Origin: Candidatus Latescibacterota bacterium
GTDB taxonomy: Bacteria; Latescibacterota; UBA2968; UBA8231
Assembly: GCA_965200315.1 (NCBI GenBank)
Contig: OZ241362.1
Location: 1,280,001 to 1,344,000, forward strand
Length of the DNA stretch: 64,000 nucleotides
Direction: 5' to 3'
Part shown: positions 10,296 through 22,100 of the stretch, piece by piece
Numbering within the stretch: position 1 is the first letter of the stretch
Layout of the letters: each line of letters starts with the position of its first letter
Position numbers and translations under genes: made by a program
The notes under the pieces: generated by a model
Database searches by the model: none
What the model saw: only the letters and a program-made list of their open reading frames with translations
Told to the model about the DNA's origin: nothing

Positions 10296-12200
10296 GTGTC
10301 GTATCAATGCACCCTCTACTGGGCGGCCTGCTACCTTGCGATGGCCCTCCCAGCTCACGCGCTCACCATCTATCGCATCGGCGGGGCCGACTTGCCCAAA
10401 CCGGAGTTGGAAGCCGAGTACGAATTCGTGCAGCTATCGTGGGAAGCCGTCGATCCCAACCAGCACGGCTTGGCCCAATGGATCGCGCTGCAGCCAGAAC
10501 GCATCGGTCCATTGTCGCTAACGCCCTCGGTCAACTTGGCACCACTCGTGGAGTCCCTCGGTGGCCGCATCCTCATCTTAGAGTGGAACGGCTGGCGGGA
10601 GTGGTACGAAGACGACATCCTGATCTTCGACGGCGACCCGGAAACCGCTTATCTGGGAGATGGGCGCTATCTCCGCGTCGTCGGCTATGGGCCCCAGCGC
10701 AAGTACTGGGTCTTCGACTTTGGGGGGCGGTTTTTCGTCGATCGCGTACGCTTTTACCCGCGCCCGCGCTTTGCGGCGACCCGCTTTGTCGAGAGCTTCA
10801 TCTTGGGTACCAGCGACGGGGATCCCCTCACTGACGGCACCCGCGAGTACGCGGTTAGCTGGCGCAACAGCACACTCGACTTCGACATCGTCCACCGCGT
10901 ACGCGAGAACACCCAAGCTGTCATGGAGTTGGCCCTGCCCGATGAACCCATTCAGCAGGTGTTCATCGAGCTACCCGAAAACAGCCGCGGCATCTGGGAA
11001 ATCGCCGAGTTCGAGATCTACGGCACCGGACCGGCCGCCTTTTCCCGCTACACATCCAATATCATCGACTTGGGCCGACCGGCCGCCTTGGGCGCATTGA
11101 CTTGGGACGGCCACGTCGACGCTGAGGCCCGCATTGAGCTAAGTGTACGCACGGGCGACGACGACGACCCCAACACCTATTGGCGACGTACGTTCCGCGG
11201 CACTGAGCTTACCCGCTTCGACGCCGCTGGCCAGCCGCTTACCTTGGGGACGTACAACCGCCTACAAAAGGGCGAGCAGGCCGGCCTTTCCCCAGACATT
11301 GAGGACTGGAACTTCTGGAACGCGCCCTTTGCCTTTGCCGCAGGTCGCGGGCCAATGCCGGTCGATCAGCTGCGCCGCTACGCGCAATTTAGGGCCGAAT
11401 TCCACTCGACCGCCGAGGCCACCGGCCACCTCGCGTACTTGCAATTCAGTGCGTCCATCCCACCACCGGCCTCCCAAGCCCTCGGGCAAATCCACCCGCT
11501 GCAAGTCCCCGCCCTGACCCCGACACTCTTTACCTTCTGCCTAGAGCCGCATATCGCAGCCGACGACCTCGGATTCGACCACCTAGCCATCGCCACCACC
11601 GCACAGGTGCAGGCCGTGCAGGCCGTGCGGGTCGGCGGGGTGGATGTCGCCTATACTATCGCACAGCACCCGGCCGAGGGGTTTGAAGTCGCGCTGCCGC
11701 GCATGGACCAGCAGCGGACCAGCGAGCAGGTCGAGGTCGATTTCCGCGCCGAGGTATTCGCGTACAGCACTCGCTTTGCAGGGCGAATCCGCGACAGCAC
11801 CCGCCCGTTTGAAGTCGCCCAGCCCGTAACCCCAAAGGCGACCAACAGCCTGCAGGTGGCTTTACTCAGCCTAGACCAGCCACTCATCGGCCGCCTCACC
11901 CTGCACCCGGCGATATTCACCCCCAACGGCGACGGCCGCAACGACGCCGTGCGGATTGAATACGACCTCCTGTATATAGTGGATGCGATTCAAGTGGAAC
12001 TTGTGGTCTTCGACCTCGCCGGCCGCACGGTGGGGGTCATCCACGCCGGGCCTGCCACTAGTGGCCGCTTTGTGGTCGAGTGGGACGGCCGCACCCCCAG
12101 CGGGCACCTCGTGCCGCCGGGGTCCTACCTCGTCCGCCTCATCGCAGAAACCGACCGCGGCCAACAGCAACGCCAAAGCCTCGTCTCGGTCGTCTATTGA
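10296..12200 (+). CDS. Secreted FlgD-Ig/T9SS type B-like CTD protein, paralog of 4753-7008
   Basis: Likely GTG start just after the TPR stop, giving a signal peptide (LPAHA|LTIY); shares FDFGGRFFVDRVRFYPR, AEFEIYGTG, SNIIDLG and IFTPNGDGRND...WDGR..VPPGSY with the paralog. Confidence 0.8.
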   Translation: MSYQCTLYWAACYLAMALPAHALTIYRIGGADLPKPELEAEYEFVQLSWEAVDPNQHGLAQWIALQPERIGPLSLTPSVNLAPLVESLGGRILILEWNGWREWYEDDILIFDGDPETAYLGDGRYLRVVGYGPQRKYWVFDFGGRFFVDRVRFYPRPRFAATRFVESFILGTSDGDPLTDGTREYAVSWRNSTLDFDIVHRVRENTQAVMELALPDEPIQQVFIELPENSRGIWEIAEFEIYGTGPAAFSRYTSNIIDLGRPAALGALTWDGHVDAEARIELSVRTGDDDDPNTYWRRTFRGTELTRFDAAGQPLTLGTYNRLQKGEQAGLSPDIEDWNFWNAPFAFAAGRGPMPVDQLRRYAQFRAEFHSTAEATGHLAYLQFSASIPPPASQALGQIHPLQVPALTPTLFTFCLEPHIAADDLGFDHLAIATTAQVQAVQAVRVGGVDVAYTIAQHPAEGFEVALPRMDQQRTSEQVEVDFRAEVFAYSTRFAGRIRDSTRPFEVAQPVTPKATNSLQVALLSLDQPLIGRLTLHPAIFTPNGDGRNDAVRIEYDLLYIVDAIQVELVVFDLAGRTVGVIHAGPATSGRFVVEWDGRTPSGHLVPPGSYLVRLIAETDRGQQQRQSLVSVVY

Positions 12201-13838
12201 CGCGGCTCCACGACGGTCAGGACCTGGTCGGCGGCAAGGTCGCTGAGCACCTGAACCGCGCCGCTGGGCCAGCGCACTTCGAGCCGGTCCACGCGCTCGG
12301 CCCGGCCCAGGCCAAAGTGCAGCCGCAAATCGCTGTGCGACAAATAGCTTCCCCCGCTTTGCACCTCGGCGTGCTGACTCTGCCCGCCGGCCCTAACGAT
12401 CACCCGCGCACCAATCCCGTCGCGGTTGCTCGCCGTGCCCACCGCACACACCAACAGGTAGTGATTGCCGTGGCCGCCGTCGTTGCGCAAGAGGGCTGGC
12501 GGGCCGTTGAGATTGAGGACGAATAAGTCGATGTCGCCATCGCTGTCGTAGTCGGCAAAACTGGTACCGCGACTGACGCGGCGCAAGGCAAAGCCCGGAC
12601 CAGCTTCGGCCGATACCTCCACCAGCCGCCCGCCCCTATTTTCAAACAGGGAGTTGGCTTGTTTGTAGCTGGAATTGACCCTCGGCAGGTCAGCCTGCGG
12701 GTACGTGTGGCCGTTGGCCGCGAAAAGATCGCGGTCGCCGTCGTTGTCGTAGTCGAAAAAGCCCGTGCCCCACGAGACCAATTCGGCCGGTGCCGCCCCG
12801 ATCCCGGCGGCAAAAGACACATCGGCAAAAAAGCCTCCGCCCTCGTTCCTGTACAGCGCGTTGTACTCATCGGCGAAATTGGTGACGAAAAGGTCGAATA
12901 AGCCGTCGTTGTCGTAATCGCCCCAAGCGGCCCCCATGCAGCCTTGCGTCACTCCTTCCCCGCTGTACGCCACCCCGGCCATGAGTGCCTCCTCGGCAAA
13001 GCGACCGTCCCGGCGATTGCGAAAAAGCAGGTTGGGCGTGGAGTCGTTGGCCACGATCACGTCGGGCCACCCGTCGTTGTCAAAGTCGCCGAACAGGGCA
13101 CTCATGCCGTAGAACTTTTCGCCCTGCAGCCCGGCCTGTTGCGTCCACTCGGAGAACGTCCCGTCGCCGTTGTTGCGGTAAAACACATCGGCGGCCGGCA
13201 GCAGGCCCACCGGCCCACAGTACACCTTCACGTTCTTCCACAGGCAGGGGATTGGGGATTCGTAGTCGCGGGAAAAATCTACGTAATTGGCCACGTACAA
13301 ATCCACGTCGCCGTCGCGGTCGTAATCCCCAAAGCTCGCGCCCGTGCCCCACCCGGTATCGCCCACGCCAGCCTCCGTGGTCACATCGGCAAAACGACCC
13401 GCACCGCGATTGCGATATAAAGTATTGCGGCCAAAGTTGGTAACGTACAGGTCTGTGTGCCCGTCGTTGTCGTAATCGGCGGCCGCGCAGCCCATTGACC
13501 AGCTCGTATCGCCCACGCCAGCGGCAACCGTCACATCGGCAAAGCGACCGTTGTCGTTGCGGTAGAGCTGGTTGGCCGGATGCTCGCCCGCGGCAAAGCC
13601 GGCAAAGGAAGAGCCATTGGCCACGTACAAATCCACGTCGCCATCGCGGTCGTAATCGAAAAAGGCGGCACCGCCCATCATCCCCTCGACTATGTAGCTT
13701 TGGTCCGTACCCGAGACATTGGGCTGCATCAGACCAGCGGCCGCCGCCCGATCGACGAATTGCACCGCGAGCGGCTCGCTCCACCCGCTAGCCGCCCCGA
13801 CGAGGCACCCGACCGCGCACCATATCAACGCGCCCACT
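12194..13838 (-). CDS. CRTAC1 family protein (FG-GAP repeats + ASPIC/UnbV domain)
   Basis: Repeated DYDxDGDxDL motifs; C-terminal NRDGIGARV...GGSYLSHSDLRLHFGLG...VRWPSG; start approximate (ORF track extends to 13909). Confidence 0.9.
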
Positions 13839-15654
13839 ACTCCTGCTCCACCACCAAGACCCGATCGACCGGCTCGTTGCGCCGCGCTTGCACACTGCCG
13901 TCGGGCCAAGTGATTTCGATTCGCTCCACCAGTGCGCAGTCGCCCAAGCCAAAGTGCAACCGGCTGTCGCTCGCCGACAAATAGGACCCCCCGCCAATCC
14001 GCTGGCGCGTTTGCACCGCACCGCCGCAGAACACCCGCACCCGCGCCCCAACCGCATCACGGTTTGCCCGCGTCCCCACCAACCGCAGGGACAGCCAGTG
14101 ATGTCTCGACTGCAGTTCGTTGCGGTACAGCCGCGCCGCGCCATCGACGTTGGTCACCAGCACGTCCAAGTCGCCGTCGTTGTCGCAATCGCCATAAGCA
14201 GCCCCGCGCGACACCGCGGACAGCTCAAAGGCCGGGCCGCTGTGGGCCGACACATCGGCGAAAATTCCGCGACCCTTGTTGGCGAAAAGCTGGTTGGGCT
14301 GGGCGTGGCTCAACGCTGAGTCCTGTAAGGCGATGCGGTCGAGGACGTGGCCGTTGGCCACGAACAAATCCACATCGGCGTCGTTGTCGACGTCGGCAAA
14401 AAACGCGCCAAACCCCAGCGGCAGCAAGGTCGGACCGCGCAGGCCAGCTACCTCCGTCGCATCGGCAAAGCGACCGGCGCCCTCGTTGCGGTACAGCGTG
14501 TTGCTCTCGCGGGAAAAGTTGGTCACCAACAGGTCGGCATCCCCATCGGCATCCCCATCGCCGACCGCGATTCCCATGCCGGCCTCGGCTCGGCCGTCGC
14601 CATTGTACGCAGCCCCGGCCGCCAACCCGGACTCGGCAAACGTGCCGTTGCCGCGATTGCGATAGAAAAAATTGCGCGTACCATCATTGGCCACGTACAC
14701 ATCGAGGTGCCCATCGGAGTCGAAATCAGCGGCCGCGACCCCAAGCCCCTTGCCAAAGGGACTAAAGACTCCGCTGGCCTGCGTCACCTCGAAAAAATGC
14801 CCGTCGCCCTCGTTGCGAAATAGCGCGTCTGGCGCGCCGTTGTAGCGCCTCGGGCTGCAATAGGTCCGCTGGCCAGCCGGAACGCGCAAAGAAACTCCGC
14901 TGCTGGCGACCGCGCCGCCGCACAAGCGGTTCGTGTCCGGCGTCAAGTCGAGGTAGTTAGCCACATATAGGTCGAGATCGCCGTCGTTGTCGTAGTCGAA
15001 AAAGGCCGCGCTCGTGCTCCAGTGGAGGTCGGCCACGCCCGCCGCCTGCGCCCGCTCGGCAAAGGTGCCGTCCTCCTGATTGCGATAGAAGGCATTGCGG
15101 CCATAGTTGGTCACATAGAGATCCGAGCGACCGTCGTTGTCGTAATCGCCGACCGCGCACCCCATGCCGTAGCCCAAATCGCCAGTCCCCGTTCGCTCGG
15201 TGACCTCGCGGAAGGCCTGGCCCGTATTTTGGTAGAGGCGATTTTGCGTCTGGCCTACGCCAGGAGCCTGGCGCAACGCCAACACCGAAGTATCCACTCG
15301 GCCGTCGTAGCGCAGGGGCGGCCGGAAGTCCTCGACGACCCAAGTACCCGTCGAATCCCCAGCCACCAGATTAACGGGCACCAAGCGCTCGCGCCATGGC
15401 GACAGGTCAAAACCATCCACTAAATACACGTCCAGCCAGCCGTCGTCGTCGTAGTCGAAAAAGGCCGCGCCAGCCCCCATCGTCTCAATCAGAAAGTAAT
15501 CGCCGCTGGCGCCGCTGGTGTGGCGGAAATCTAGCCCGGCCTCGGTAGCTACCTCGACGAAAAAGGCCGAGCGCTCGGGCGTGGCGCAGCCGCAGCACAG
15601 GAGAAAACAAACCAAAGGCAGGCACAAAGTGGATGGATGGACGTAGCTGTTCAC
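13837..15654 (-). CDS. CRTAC1 family protein (FG-GAP repeats + ASPIC/UnbV), probable lipoprotein
   Basis: DYDNDG motifs; GGGSYLSASDSRLHFGLG; N-terminal LLCCGC. Confidence 0.9.
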   Translation of the reverse strand: MNSYVHPSTLCLPLVCFLLCCGCATPERSAFFVEVATEAGLDFRHTSGASGDYFLIETMGAGAAFFDYDDDGWLDVYLVDGFDLSPWRERLVPVNLVAGDSTGTWVVEDFRPPLRYDGRVDTSVLALRQAPGVGQTQNRLYQNTGQAFREVTERTGTGDLGYGMGCAVGDYDNDGRSDLYVTNYGRNAFYRNQEDGTFAERAQAAGVADLHWSTSAAFFDYDNDGDLDLYVANYLDLTPDTNRLCGGAVASSGVSLRVPAGQRTYCSPRRYNGAPDALFRNEGDGHFFEVTQASGVFSPFGKGLGVAAADFDSDGHLDVYVANDGTRNFFYRNRGNGTFAESGLAAGAAYNGDGRAEAGMGIAVGDGDADGDADLLVTNFSRESNTLYRNEGAGRFADATEVAGLRGPTLLPLGFGAFFADVDNDADVDLFVANGHVLDRIALQDSALSHAQPNQLFANKGRGIFADVSAHSGPAFELSAVSRGAAYGDCDNDGDLDVLVTNVDGAARLYRNELQSRHHWLSLRLVGTRANRDAVGARVRVFCGGAVQTRQRIGGGSYLSASDSRLHFGLGDCALVERIEITWPDGSVQARRNEPVDRVLVVEQE

Positions 15655-15700
15655 TGCAAAAAAATAAGTCTCACCCTAAGTACCCGACAGTAGGGTATTT

Positions 15701-15735
15701 CCTGGGATCGCGGGCAGGATGCCCGCGATCCCAGG
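15701..15735. repeat. Perfect 16-bp inverted repeat (REP-like hairpin)
   Basis: cctgggatcgcgggca-gga-tgcccgcgatcccagg; a second weaker hairpin lies at 15678-15700. Confidence 0.8.
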
Positions 15736-15785
15736 GCGATACCAATAGAGCCAAGTGGATAGTGTCCAGTGTCGAGCCCCGCAGT

Positions 15786-16110
15786 GCGGCCGGATACGAA
15801 ACCGCGCTGATTGGCCGCATGCACTTTGTCGGCCTCGATCAGCGCCACGGCTTTGAGCACCGGCCCATCGGCGAATACAGCGGACGACATAGGGGAATGG
15901 AACGACTTGGGCAACGCTCGCGCCTGCGCCGCCGTGCGGCAAAATTTGCTCAACCAACTCTACGCGGATTGGGATCCCGAGCAGGTGGCCCAGCGCAGCG
16001 CGGAACTGACGCGAGATGCACAAGTGCTGACGGCGTGGGGGCGGGCGGTGCAGCCCCTGCACGAAGACACCCTGCCCGTCGAAGCTGTCGAGGATGTGGT
16101 GCGCTGTTGA
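15786..16110 (+). pseudogene. Internally deleted sulfatase (choline-sulfatase-like) relic
   Basis: One frame gives AAGYETALIGRMHFVGLDQRHGFEHRP (sulfatase N-region). At ~15880 a second frame gives DDIGEWNDLG...LLNQLYADWDPEQV (sulfatase C-terminus). Confidence 0.7.
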
Positions 16111-16120
16111 GGGGCTTGCC

Positions 16121-19100
16121 TCACATATACGACAGAAAGTGCCCGGTCTCGCCCAGTACGCCGTCGATACACAGCCACAATCCGGCCGCGGTCGCCTCGC
16201 CCAAAATCAACCCTAAGAAGAAGGGCTTGGCCCGCTCGTAGAGCGGCATCCCACCCCACTTGACAATGACCAGCTTGAGCGCCCACGCGATGAACACCGA
16301 AAACCACACCTGATTAGCCAGCCAGCCCACGCTGACGATAAACCCCAGCGGGTGCAGCGGCCACCAGTAAAACCGATGATGTCCCCACAACAGCACGGCC
16401 TCGACGAGGCCACCGATGCCAGTAAACAACCAACCGCGCCCGTCGGCTGGCAGCGGATCGACGATCGGCCGCGCCATGTCGGTAAACGTGCGCGTGGCCT
16501 GATGGGTCATAAAAAACGGATGCAAATTGATCCCACCGTACTCATAGCACACCTGAAAAATGATCCACGTCGCCCCGGCCAAACTCACCACCAACGCCAG
16601 CGCCATCCCCCAAAACAGCCGCCTTTTAGAGCCAACCACCGCCTCGGCCAGCTTGAGCGAATTGGCCGCGGCAATCAGCGGAAAGAGCCGCATCTCGGAC
16701 TGCCAGACGTAGGTAAAGGTCAGGGCCGTCAGCCCCTTGGCCCCAATCACCGGTGCGCCAACAGCGGAAATGACGAAAAACGCCGCCACCATCGGCGAGC
16801 GCGCCGTCGCTAGCCCGGCCGTGGCCACCGCCCGCGTGACGAACACGTAGAAGATCAAGCACACCAGCAAAAACAGCGGCAAAACCGCCAGCGGCACCCC
16901 GGACGCCCACAGCCAGACGCCCACGAAGAGCAGGCTGGCCAAAAAGCCAAAGACCGCCACCCGATAGGAAAGCATTTCCCCGGCATCATCCACCGCTGGG
17001 TCGCCGCGCCACGCCTTGCGCCACACCGCCCCTAGATGACGCCGCCCCATCCACAAGGTGTAGCCGACAAAAATCAGACAGGCCCCCATCACCTCGTGCG
17101 TCAGGTCCGCAGTCTGCGAGTAGGAGTAGAGACTCAGCTTTTCGCGGCTGGCAATGCCCAACGAGGCAAATAGCCCCTCTTGCGCCTTGTTGAAGACGTA
17201 GAAAAACCAAATCGAAAAGGAAATGTCGAGGTTGACCAAATAGAAAAAGCCGATCCACGAATACACCCAAGTCAAATGCAGGGACGTCCCTTGGCCGATC
17301 CACGACAGGACCCCAGCCGACTGGATCGGCTTAGGCACCGCCGGGAAGTAGTAGTGCAGCCCCTTGAGCGACAGCAACGCGAACGGCACTGCGAAGCCGA
17401 TCCACAACAGCCGCTGCTTAAAAAGCGGCGTCAGCTTAAACCCCGGCCGGCCCTCCTCCACCATCTTGAGCGGCAGTTGCACCATGGGATAGGCCAGCCG
17501 CTCGTGCTGCGACCACTGCCGGTGCAGAATGGAACTCATGCAGAGCATCATAAAGCTCAGCACCAAAAAGAACACGTACCAATAGCTCAGCGTCTCGGTC
17601 CAAGCCCCCCACGGAATGCCCTCCCCAAGCGGCAGCCCCTCGTGCAAATCGACAATGGCCTGCCGGTCCTGCGGCACCAGCCACGGCGTCACGTGCGAAA
17701 AGAAAATTTCGGCCCAGTTGTTTTCCGGGGTCGCGTAGTAGTACAGCCCGCTGATGATCGGAATTAGGTAGCCGACAAACGCCTGCGTTGGCACGGCCGA
17801 CGCCAACAGCATCATCGCATAAATGAGCACTAAATCGGCCCGCCCCAAGGCGAGGCCGCGGCCCAGTGCCCGCAGCAGGGTATTGACCACCACCACCAAA
17901 ACGAAAAACAGAAAGATCGCCCCGGGCGACGAGCTGTTGAGTGCCATGTACGACCCTTGCAGCATAATTATCGCGTAGGGTGCGCCCACGCCGATGCCCA
18001 AGGCCAACAGGCCCCCCACGGCAAATCCCCGCCAAGTAAAGGACGCGGCCTGTTCCACTGCCGACTGCTCCTCTGTGCGCTCCGCGGTCTGCTCGGCCGC
18101 CAGTGCGCGCGCCGACTCCACGTGCTGGACGCGCTCGGACTCACGCAGCGCGTACCAAATCAACATCTGCTTCCGCAGAGCCTCCACCAGCCGCAGGTTG
18201 AGCCGCTGCCAGTAGTGATGCTCGCCGCTTAACCGGCGCAGCCTGACTCCCATCGCCCGCGCCCGCTGTCCAGCCGGCGCGAACTCCACGACCACCTCTT
18301 GGCTCACCCCCAAGTCGAACGGGGCCAGCCACAGCGCAAACGAGAGGCGATAGCCGTCGGCCTGCGTAACGTGCATATCTTCGACGTAAAAATCCCCCAG
18401 CGTCGCCCGGCCAAAGGCCCCAAAGTAGTTGGCCAAAAAGCCGCACACCCCCTCGACCTCTCCCTCGCCGAGCATGAAGGGGAACTCAAACAACCACTCG
18501 TCGCCGCTGGGCGGGTCCGGCCGCCAGCGCCGTACCACGTCTGGCACGGCCTGCCGCGCCGCCTGCCGCGCCGGATAGATCGTCGATAGCAACACCACCC
18601 CCATCACCGCCAGCGCAGCCCCAATCGCCGCCAGCGACGAGTAGTTCAAGGTAATGCCCTGCAACAGCCCCAACGCCAACAGCACCCGCCCCAACCCCTG
18701 GCCCAGCAAGTAGCCCAACGTCGTCCCCAGCACCGCATAGACGCAGGCTTCGGCCACAAACAGCAGCGCGATGTGCAAGGGGGCCAGCCCCACCGAAGAG
18801 TAGATGCCAATCTCGCGCAGGCGTTCGTACACCGCCCCCATCATCGCATTGAGCACAATGAGCGCGGCCACCAGCGCGGGAATCGCCAGCGCCCCCAGCC
18901 CTTTCACGGCCGTCAGCCCCACTGAACTCAGAGCGGTCACCCTCCCGTCCGGCGAGCCGACAAACAAGGTGGCCGCCACCCTCGTCAGATAATCCTCGAC
19001 CAGCCCCTGCCCGTCGGTCGCCCCCGGAAAGCGCACGGCCACCGAGCGCAAGCTGCCCCCGGCCTCGGCCAGCGTTTGATAGGGCACGAGGACCACGTGG

Positions 19101-22100
19101 TGTGGCTCTAGGTGGATGAAGGGCCGGAGTTCGCGTGGATCCTCCTCGCCGGCAATATCCACGTCCTGCGCCGCCCCTAGCTGGAGCACCTCTGCGCCCG
19201 ATAGGACAAAATCGGCCGGCATCAGGCTCTCGTCGTCGAGGTCGCGCAGTTCACCCAACTGCTCTGGATCGGCAATCCCGCGCACCTCCAGCGCACGTCC
19301 AAACACCTCGATCCGGTCCCCAACCCCAATACCCAAAGCCGCGGCCATGTCCAACGGCAGGATGCAGGTAGCCTCGTCATCCGCGGTAAAAAACGATCCG
19401 GCCACCAAACTCTTATCTACCGCGGTGATTTGCGCTTCCTCCGGCGTCAGGCCCAACAAGCCCGTAGCCCGCACCGCCTTCCCCGCCGCGGCCACCGCAA
19501 TCCAGCTCCCCTTGCCGCCTTCGGCCGCGTACCAACCGCGCCGCCCCATCCAGCCGCTGCCGCCAAAGTGCGATTCGGCGTAGTCGAGCGCTTCCGGCGT
19601 CAGGCGCTCCCAGCCGCGATCGCGGATGAGGATCCCAGGGTACGCCCCGGCGTGGGGCAGCCGGAAACTCGCGTAGCGGATTTGCTGTTCAAACGAGGTA
19701 AACGAGAGCAGGGTAAACGTCAAAAGCGTCAGGGTCGCCAGCGTCAGACCAGTGCGCAACGGCCGCCGCCGCATGTTGGAAATCCCCAGCATGAAGGCCG
19801 CATAACTCGCGCTCAAGCGGCTCAGATCCTCGGCGTGGACCCGTGTCTGCTGGCTCTGGTGCTGGGCCATGACGCGGTTGAACCGACCTACCAGCATACA
19901 GAGCACCAAGGCCGCCATCGCCATGATAGCAAACGCCAACAGCACCACCAGCGGCTCGGCCAGCTCAAAGGCCGGATGCACCTGCGCCAAAATCAGCCAA
20001 ATCGCCAGCAATAACAGCCCAAAGCCAGCGAGCTGCCGGCGAATATCGGCCGCGGCAAACAAGAGCCGCTCCCCTAAAAAGGCGGCCGGCAACAACAGCG
20101 CCATAAAGAAAATCACCCCTTCGAGGACGTCGTTGAGCGTCGCCAAGACCTCTGGATAGGCCCGCGTCTCCAAGCCCAGCGCCTTGCGGCTCCACGCCAC
20201 GTACTCATCCCACTTTAGCTGCTCGGCCGCTGATTCCGCTTCGGCTATGGCCGCGGCCGCCTGCTCGTGTAGGCGCGTCAACCGCTGATTTTCAATGCCG
20301 TGCTCCTTGAGCATCCCCAGCCGCACCTCATCCAAGTTCCACACGTCTCGCGCCGCCTGTAGCGTCGCAGCCCCAAATCCCTCTTCGGTCAGCAAAAACC
20401 CCGCACCCCGCGCCTCGCTCTCGCTTTGGCTGCCCTCGCTGTTGAGCAGCAAAAGTTGGCCGTCCAAAATCACTTTGACGCGATCGTCGGCCGCAGCATC
20501 AGCCGGCCCGTAGATTACCCCCACCGAGCCGATGCTGCTCTTACCTAAGGAGTACCCGTACTGACCCGGTTCGCCCTCGTCCGCCGACAGCACTTTTACT
20601 TTGGTCAACGCGCGTAAAAAGCGCGGCTCGACCAAGCCGTACAAGGGCCGACCCACTCCGGGAAAGAGCACGGCGATCTGCTCGTTTTGCAGCCAGCGCA
20701 CATTCTTGGCCAAGCGGCCATCTGACCTCGGTTTCCCGTGGTGCGCTTGCGCACGGGTGCTCAAATCCACGACGTGGGTAATCGCCCCCCGCTCGGCGTC
20801 TAGCGCCGCCACCGCCAGTGGATACGTCCCCTGCACCAGCCCGGGGACCCGCGCCACCCCGATGGCATCCGTGAGAAAGTAGCGCGTGTTACGCACTCCT
20901 TTGCGCTCTTCCTCCTCCACCTGTACCGCCACCAGCGCCCCAGCCACCGGCCGGTCTGGCACCTGACTGCGCCGGGGGAAGGTCCGCGCTTTGACCCGCA
21001 AATCCCGCAGCCGATCTTCCAACGCCGCCGCGAGCCGCTCGCGCCCAGCCAACAGCACTGTATCGGCCAACGCATAAGCCAGCAGATCGGCCACCAACGC
21101 CGCCTGCTTCTCCACATTATCCCACGCCACGCGCTCGCCCGTGTCCTGCGGCAAATCCAGCGCAAAACGGGCGTCGCCTACCGTAGCCAGCGTCAGCGAC
21201 GGGAATCCCGCTTCGAGCACCAACTCCCCGTCCGCGGCCAAACCCCCGGGCATGTAGCTATCCCAATCCATCCCCCGAATTGGGCTGATGCCATTGGCCA
21301 CGGCCTCGGCGCGGCCTAGTGCCTCCGCGTACTCGGCAAAGCGACGGCCAAAGGGCACGAAAAACCGCTTGAGCGCGTAGCTATCCGTGTTGTTCCACAG
21401 CACCACCCGCTCGCCGTGGCTGGACAAATCGAGACCAATGAACAGGCCGATATCCAGCGGCTCGGCGAGCCGGGCCGCGTAGTGCTCTTGGCGGCGAGCG
21501 TGCCGGTCGAGAAAGGCGACCATGCCCTGCCGCCCCAAGAAGTGGGCCCCTAGCGCGGCGAGTACCACCGTGTGCGCTGGCGGGTTCGCTTGCAAGCGAG
21601 CAGCCACCTCCAACAGCACCGCTACACTCACGGCCGCCTCGGCTCCTGGTGCCCGCGCTGGCACCACGGATGGCGCGTCGTAATACGCATGGACGAGCAC
21701 GGTCTCGTCCCGCAAAGTCCCCGCATGCCGCCCCGGCACCACGGCCCACACGTTGTACGCCATCCGCTCCTGCCAATCCATCCGCCCCCACAGCTCCACC
21801 TCCACTTCTCCACCCACCAACCGCCGCCGCAACCGCTCTCCAGCGGTCCTCTCCACCCAAAACCGCGGCACATCCAACGGCGCCCGCACGTACTTGCCCT
21901 GCGCCTGCTGCGTGGTAGCTGAATCCGCCGCCACAAACACCACCGCCCGTGCTCCCAACGACGCGGCCTTCAGCCAATTGTCCCCACTGGCAAAGTCCAG
22001 CAGCACCACCCGCCCAGCCACCTCCTGCCCATTAAAATCGCCCCAATCCCCATCGCCGCCCCAAATCGCCGGGATCCGCAACCCCTCCGGCGGCACGGTC

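Noticed and set aside
14533-14558. 12-bp tandem duplication tcggcatcccca
   Set aside because: Encodes the DGDADGDAD FG-GAP loop; only two copies
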